DNA from: Bacillus subtilis subsp. subtilis str. 168
Lineage (GTDB): Bacteria > Bacillota > Bacilli > Bacillales > Bacillaceae
NCBI RefSeq assembly: GCF_000009045.1
Contig: NC_000964.3
Span: 2,940,001-2,972,000 of the forward strand
Length of the DNA: 32,000 nucleotides
Direction of reading: 5' to 3'
Part shown: positions 28,118 through 32,000 of the stretch, piece by piece
Position numbering within the stretch: the stretch's first letter is position 1
How the letters are laid out: the number at the start of each line of letters is the position of its first letter
Position numbers and translations under genes: made by a program
Notes under the pieces: model-generated
What the model was told of the DNA's origin: nothing
Databases searched by the model: none
Seen by the model: only the letters and a program-made list of their open reading frames with translations

Positions 28118-28220
28118 TTAAAACAAATTCGCCAGTACATATTGATAAAAATCAACGATTATAACGCTAATTTATGATGCATCTTATGTTTTCTTGCACA
28201 GAATATCAGGCGTAAGAACC

Positions 28221-28250
28221 AAAAAGCAGCCAGCGCTCCGCACTGACTGC
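28221..28250 (-). terminator. Intrinsic terminator downstream of ytcD
   Basis: On the minus strand: GCAGTCAG, a loop, CTGGCTGC (one G-T pair), then TTTTT. Confidence 0.7.
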
Positions 28251-28259
28251 CCTCATGCT

Positions 28260-28640
28260 TTATGATTCCTGTTTTAACTTATCATTGAGCACACTTTCTT
28301 CTAGCACAGAAAATGTATCCCCGTACACTCTGTTAATATGATTCGCTCCCCAAGCACACAGCATATCTAAAATCCCTTCTAAGCTGCGGCCGTATTCGCT
28401 GAGCTCGTATTCCACTTTGGGAGGAACTTGATTATATACGATTCGGTTAATGACACCGTCCGCTTCCAGCTCGCGCAGCTGCTGAGTCAGCATTTTTTGC
28501 GTGATATTGGGCATTAGGCGTTTTAATTCACTTGTGCGTTTTTTTCCGTGCGTCAGATGGCATAAAATGACGCATTTCCATTTCCCACCGATCACTTCAA
28601 GAGTCGCTTCAACAGAAATGTTATATTTTTTCTTCTCCAT
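28260..28640 (-). CDS. ytcD: HxlR/DUF24-family winged-helix transcriptional regulator YtcD
   Basis: The ORF track gives 142 aa. I chose the ATG at 28638-28640 (MEKKKYNISVEATLEVIGGKWK..., 126 aa) with GAGGAGAA SD. The GGKWK motif is typical of HxlR-type regulators. Confidence 0.88.
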   Translation of the reverse strand: MEKKKYNISVEATLEVIGGKWKCVILCHLTHGKKRTSELKRLMPNITQKMLTQQLRELEADGVINRIVYNQVPPKVEYELSEYGRSLEGILDMLCAWGANHINRVYGDTFSVLEESVLNDKLKQES

Positions 28641-28673
28641 ACAATCCATTCTCCTCACAGGCACCAAAAAGTG

Positions 28674-28700
28674 ACTATAGCACTTCAAAGTACGTACTTT
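28674..28700. promoter_or_regulatory. Perfect 14-bp palindrome next to a candidate extended -10 in the ytcD/ytbD divergent region
   Basis: AAAGTACGTACTTT at 28687-28700 is a perfect inverted repeat. The minus strand reads TGCTATAGT at 28674-28682, so the palindrome falls over the spacer and -35 of that candidate ytcD promoter. Confidence 0.5.
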
Positions 28701-28823
28701 TATTTCTTAACGATATGTTTCATAATCACATTTGCCGGCTGATTTGAATCTGCTCTTTTTTATTTATATAGCTTACTCGGCAGAATTTCAATCATACAAC
28801 ACATCTTACAAAGGAGGAACATC

Positions 28824-30014
28824 ATGACTTCAGCCAATAAAAGCAATATTCCTGCACTACTGGCTTTGGCCGTAAGTGCATTCGCAATAGGGACAACTGA
28901 ATTTATCAGTGTCGGCCTTTTGCCGCTCATTGCTGATGACCTGGATATTCCCGTCACGACAGCAGGATTGACCGTTTCCCTTTATGCGCTCGGCGTTACA
29001 TTTGGGGCACCTATATTAACTTCATTGACCTCAAGCATGTCACGTAAGACACTATTGCTTTGGATCATGTTTATTTTTATTGCCGGTAATACGATGGCAG
29101 CAACCGCTTCAAGCATCGGGATTTTACTAGCAGCACGTGTGATATCGGCATTTTCGCACGGTGTGTTTATGTCGATCGGTTCGACAATCGCAGCGGATAT
29201 TGTCCCGGAGGATAAAAGGGCTAGCGCGATTTCAATTATGTTTACTGGCCTCACTGTGGCAACTGTAACCGGAGTTCCTTTTGGGACATTTATCGGCCAG
29301 CAGTTCGGCTGGCGTTTCGCCTTTATGGTCATTATCGCCGTCGGAATCATTGCTTTCATTACAAATGGCATTCTTGTACCGTCCAAATTACGAAAAGGGA
29401 CGAAAACAACGATGCGGGATCAATTGAAGCTTGTGACAAACAGCCGGTTATTGCTTTTATTTGTCATTACAGCGCTTGGATACGGAGGAACATTCGTTGT
29501 GTTCACGTATCTGTCTCCCCTGCTTCAGGAAGTAACAGGCTTCAAAGCCGGGACTGTTGCAGTGATTCTGCTCGGATACGGAATAGCTATTGCTATCGGC
29601 AATATGATTGGCGGAAAGCTGTCAAACCGAAATCCGATTGCCGCTTTATTCTATATGTTTATCGTACAGGCAATCGTTCTATTCGTACTGACATTTACAG
29701 CCCCGTATCAAGCAGCAGGGCTCATTACCATTCTCTGTATGGGATTGCTGGCCTTTATGAACGTGCCCGGCCTTCAGGTGTATGTCGTCATGCTGGCTGA
29801 GCGTTTTGTCCCGAGTGCAGTTGACGTCGCATCCGCGATGAATATCGCTGCCTTTAATGCAGGGATCGCGCTTGGGTCATACCTTGGCGGTGTGATCACC
29901 GATTCAATCGGATTGATTCATACCGCTTGGATAGGCGGATTAATGGTGGTCGGTGCAGTCATTTTAACAGGCTGGAGCCGCTTGATGGAAAAACGAGATC
30001 GGCAGGAAGCCTGA
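28824..30014 (+). CDS. ytbD: Major facilitator superfamily transporter YtbD (12-TM, efflux-type)
   Basis: 396-aa ORF with AAAGGAGGAA SD. Polytopic MFS protein. Recognised as YtbD. Confidence 0.9.
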   Translation: MTSANKSNIPALLALAVSAFAIGTTEFISVGLLPLIADDLDIPVTTAGLTVSLYALGVTFGAPILTSLTSSMSRKTLLLWIMFIFIAGNTMAATASSIGILLAARVISAFSHGVFMSIGSTIAADIVPEDKRASAISIMFTGLTVATVTGVPFGTFIGQQFGWRFAFMVIIAVGIIAFITNGILVPSKLRKGTKTTMRDQLKLVTNSRLLLLFVITALGYGGTFVVFTYLSPLLQEVTGFKAGTVAVILLGYGIAIAIGNMIGGKLSNRNPIAALFYMFIVQAIVLFVLTFTAPYQAAGLITILCMGLLAFMNVPGLQVYVVMLAERFVPSAVDVASAMNIAAFNAGIALGSYLGGVITDSIGLIHTAWIGGLMVVGAVILTGWSRLMEKRDRQEA

Positions 30015-30037
30015 CAATTTTAAAGGAGGAAATAAAC

Positions 30038-30880
30038 ATGACAACACATTTACAAGCAAAAGCAACACTTCATAATGGGGTAGAAATGCCTTGGTTCGGC
30101 CTCGGCGTGTTCCAAGTGGAAGAAGGATCTGAACTGGTAAACGCAGTTAAAACTGCCATTGTTCACGGGTACCGCAGTATTGATACTGCAGCAATCTATG
30201 GAAATGAAGCTGGAGTCGGAGAAGGGATTCGGGAAGGCATTGAAGAAGCAGGCATTTCAAGAGAGGATCTGTTTATCACATCGAAAGTATGGAATGCGGA
30301 TTTAGGCTACGAAGAAACACTCGCCGCGTTTGAAACAAGTCTGTCCAAACTCGGTCTGGATTATTTGGATCTATACCTCATCCACTGGCCTGTAGAAGGA
30401 AAGTATAAAGAAGCTTGGAGAGCGCTTGAAACGCTGTATAAAGAAGGCCGTATCAAAGCGATTGGCGTAAGCAACTTCCAAATTCACCATCTTGAAGATC
30501 TGATGACGGCAGCTGAAATTAAGCCTATGATTAACCAAGTGGAATTTCACCCGCGCCTCACACAAAAAGAGTTGATAAGATACTGCCAAAATCAGGGCAT
30601 CCAGATGGAGGCTTGGTCACCTTTAATGCAGGGACAGCTGCTGGATCACCCTGTATTGGCTGACATCGCTCAAACATATAATAAATCTGTCGCACAAATT
30701 ATTTTGCGCTGGGATCTGCAGCATGGCATTATAACGATTCCTAAATCAACGAAGGAACACCGCATTAAAGAAAATGCAAGCGTATTTGACTTTGAATTAA
30801 CGCAGGATGACATGAACCGAATCGATGCACTGAATGAAAACTTGCGCGTCGGTCCTGATCCGGACAACTTTGATTTTTAA
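30038..30880 (+). CDS. ytbE: Aldo-keto reductase YtbE
   Basis: The ORF track gives 317 aa overlapping ytbD. I chose the ATG at 30038 (MTTHLQAKATLHNG..., 280 aa) with AAAGGAGGAA SD. AKR tetrad context is visible (DTAAIYGNE, TSKVW, LIHWP). Confidence 0.92.
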   Translation: MTTHLQAKATLHNGVEMPWFGLGVFQVEEGSELVNAVKTAIVHGYRSIDTAAIYGNEAGVGEGIREGIEEAGISREDLFITSKVWNADLGYEETLAAFETSLSKLGLDYLDLYLIHWPVEGKYKEAWRALETLYKEGRIKAIGVSNFQIHHLEDLMTAAEIKPMINQVEFHPRLTQKELIRYCQNQGIQMEAWSPLMQGQLLDHPVLADIAQTYNKSVAQIILRWDLQHGIITIPKSTKEHRIKENASVFDFELTQDDMNRIDALNENLRVGPDPDNFDF

Positions 30881-30885
30881 TGGCC

Positions 30886-30918
30886 AAAAAACACCGTTCA
30901 ATATGAACGGTGTTTTTT
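30886..30918. terminator. Bidirectional terminator between ytbE (+) and coaE (-)
   Basis: A5, stem ACACCGTTCA / TGAACGGTGT with a 3-nt loop, then T6. Confidence 0.9.
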
Positions 30919-30921
30919 GTA

Positions 30922-31515
30922 TTATGCCCAGCTGTTCATGATTTCATCAAGCTGCCTTTTGGTCTCTTCAAGCGTGCCGCTGTTATCAATGACTTGATCT
31001 GCTCTTGCTGTTTTTTCCTCTAAGGGCATTTGAGAGCGGATACGGCTGACTGCTTCTTCTTCTGTCAGCTGATTGCGCTTCATCAGACGTTCCAGTTGAA
31101 GCTCTTTTGTCACACTGACCACAATAATTTTATCAACCAATGATTCCAATTTGCTTTCGAACAATAGCGGGATATCCAATACAACAAATGCCTCCCGATT
31201 TGCAACGGCTTCATCACGGCGATTGAGCATTTCCTGCCTGACTGCGGGATGAACAATTGCATTTAAAGCGAGACGTTTTTGTTCATTTGTAAATACCAGC
31301 GCTCCAAGCTTTTTTCTATCTATATCGCCATTTGAGAGCAGTATGTCTTCACCGAATTCGTCAATGATTTGCCGGTAGGCCGGCATCCCTTTTTCTACCG
31401 CTTGTTTTGCAATGATATCTGCATCTATAACTGTTATTCCTTTTTCAATCAGCATATTGGCTACCGTGCTTTTGCCGCTAGCTATTCCTCCCGTTAAACC
31501 AATGACTAAGGTCAA
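30922..31515 (-). CDS. coaE: Dephospho-CoA kinase CoaE, TTG start
   Basis: The ORF track gives 200 aa. I chose the TTG at 31513-31515 ((M)[16 protein letters not shown]..., 197 aa) with AAAGGAGTGG SD 5 nt upstream. The P-loop GGIASGKS is present. Confidence 0.9.
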
Positions 31516-31530
31516 GAGATCCACTCCTTT

Positions 31531-32000
31531 TTACAATTTCCAGAGCCCAATCGTGATTAATAGAAGCCCCGGCAAAAACGCCATTTTATCGATCCATTTC
31601 CACTTAGACAGAAAATGGCCGGCATTGATTCCAATTGATACAAACAGCGAGCTCATGATTGCCACGGCGATGCTCATCACAATCGGCGAAAAACCGAGAA
31701 TGGCTGCGCCTATACCTGCTCCAAAGGCATCAATCGATAAGGCAAATCCCAATAAGACCGCCTCAATTCCGTTGATCACACCCGATTTGTCGATATCCGC
31801 ACTCATGGGTTTTCTCAAAATATGAATCACAATTCCTAATGACCGAACCTCTAGATTAAGCAGTGTTTTTTCATGCAATAGGTATTCTTTATCTTTTGCC
31901 GGTTTGAAAAATTGATACAGAACCCACGCACCGATTCCAACCAATATCAAACCGCCAAGCTTCTCCGTCACATATACAGGAAAAAACTTCGTGAGAAAGC
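31531..32000 (-). CDS. ytaF: YtaF-family membrane protein (MntP/DUF204-related), C-terminal part; N-terminus lies beyond the right edge
   Basis: The ORF track starts at an internal GTG (31971). The frame stays open to the window end (..FLTKFFPVYVTEKLGG..). The product is hydrophobic. Recognised as YtaF. Confidence 0.85.
   Translation of the reverse strand, partial: FLTKFFPVYVTEKLGGLILVGIGAWVLYQFFKPAKDKEYLLHEKTLLNLEVRSLGIVIHILRKPMSADIDKSGVINGIEAVLLGFALSIDAFGAGIGAAILGFSPIVMSIAVAIMSSLFVSIGINAGHFLSKWKWIDKMAFLPGLLLITIGLWKL

Noticed and set aside
28687-28700. The AAAGTACGTACTTT palindrome as an additional AraR operator, because it shares the GTACGTAC core
   Set aside because: AraR boxes in this window read ATTTGTAC / TGTACA-type arms. 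This palindrome has AGTAC arms and different flanks, and ytcD/ytbD are not sugar genes. A local HxlR-type operator is the simpler explanation.
28982-29386. 134-aa minus-strand ORF inside ytbD; also 31412-31825 on the plus strand inside coaE/ytaF
   Set aside because: They are antisense to well-supported membrane-protein and kinase genes and have no start-site signals.
29927-30037. The 5' extension of ytbE overlapping ytbD, and similar N-terminal extensions of araN, araL, lrgA, ysaA, thrS, ytxB, speD, gapB, ytcD and coaE in the ORF track
   Set aside because: The extended starts lack SD sequences, whereas internal starts have canonical GGAGG-type sites at 5-10 nt spacing. The internal starts also give the lengths I remember for the B. 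subtilis proteins.

Overview
I recognise this window as a core chromosomal segment of Bacillus subtilis (168-like). It runs from inside the arabinose operon to ytaF. The gene order is araQ(partial)-araP-araN-araM-araL-araD-araB-araA, abnA, ysdC, ysdB, ysdA, rplT-rpmI-infC, a lipoprotein gene I believe is yscB, lrgB-lrgA (pftBA), lytT-lytS, ysaA, thrS, ytxC, ytxB, dnaI, dnaB, nrdR, speD, gapB, ytcD, ytbD-ytbE, coaE, ytaF(partial). About 90% is coding and most genes are on the minus strand.

Several ORF-track entries carry spurious N-terminal extensions. I trimmed them to the start codon with a proper Shine-Dalgarno (SD) sequence: araN, araL, lrgA, ysaA, thrS, ytxB, speD, gapB, ytcD, ytbE, coaE. 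infC had to be extended to an ATT start.

Cis-regulatory elements readable by eye:
- a perfect consensus sigma-A promoter for the ara operon, with two AraR operators and a cre-like site
- a perfect cre match and an AraR-like box upstream of abnA
- a textbook SigW promoter for ysdB
- the L20-responsive infC leader with its attenuator
- the thrS T-box leader (ACC specifier)
- 21-bp-phased direct repeats plus a cre-like site upstream of lrgAB
- a CcpN-type motif at the gapB promoter
- a perfect 14-bp palindrome between ytcD and ytbD
- many intrinsic, often bidirectional, terminators

I see no transposase, integrase, phage gene, tRNA, rRNA, CRISPR array, toxin-antitoxin pair or defence-like gene, and no obvious compositional island. 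I therefore do not claim a novel system. The least understood parts, and the ones most worth follow-up, are:
- the ytcD / ytbD-ytbE regulator, exporter and reductase module with its palindrome
- the ER/K-rich lipoprotein
- the long speD leader with anti-SD segments
- the phased repeats in the lrgAB promoter
- the promoter-less position of ysdA behind the rplT terminator

All calls come from manual reading and from my memory of B. subtilis proteins. No database search was run, and regulatory-site coordinates may be off by a base or two.
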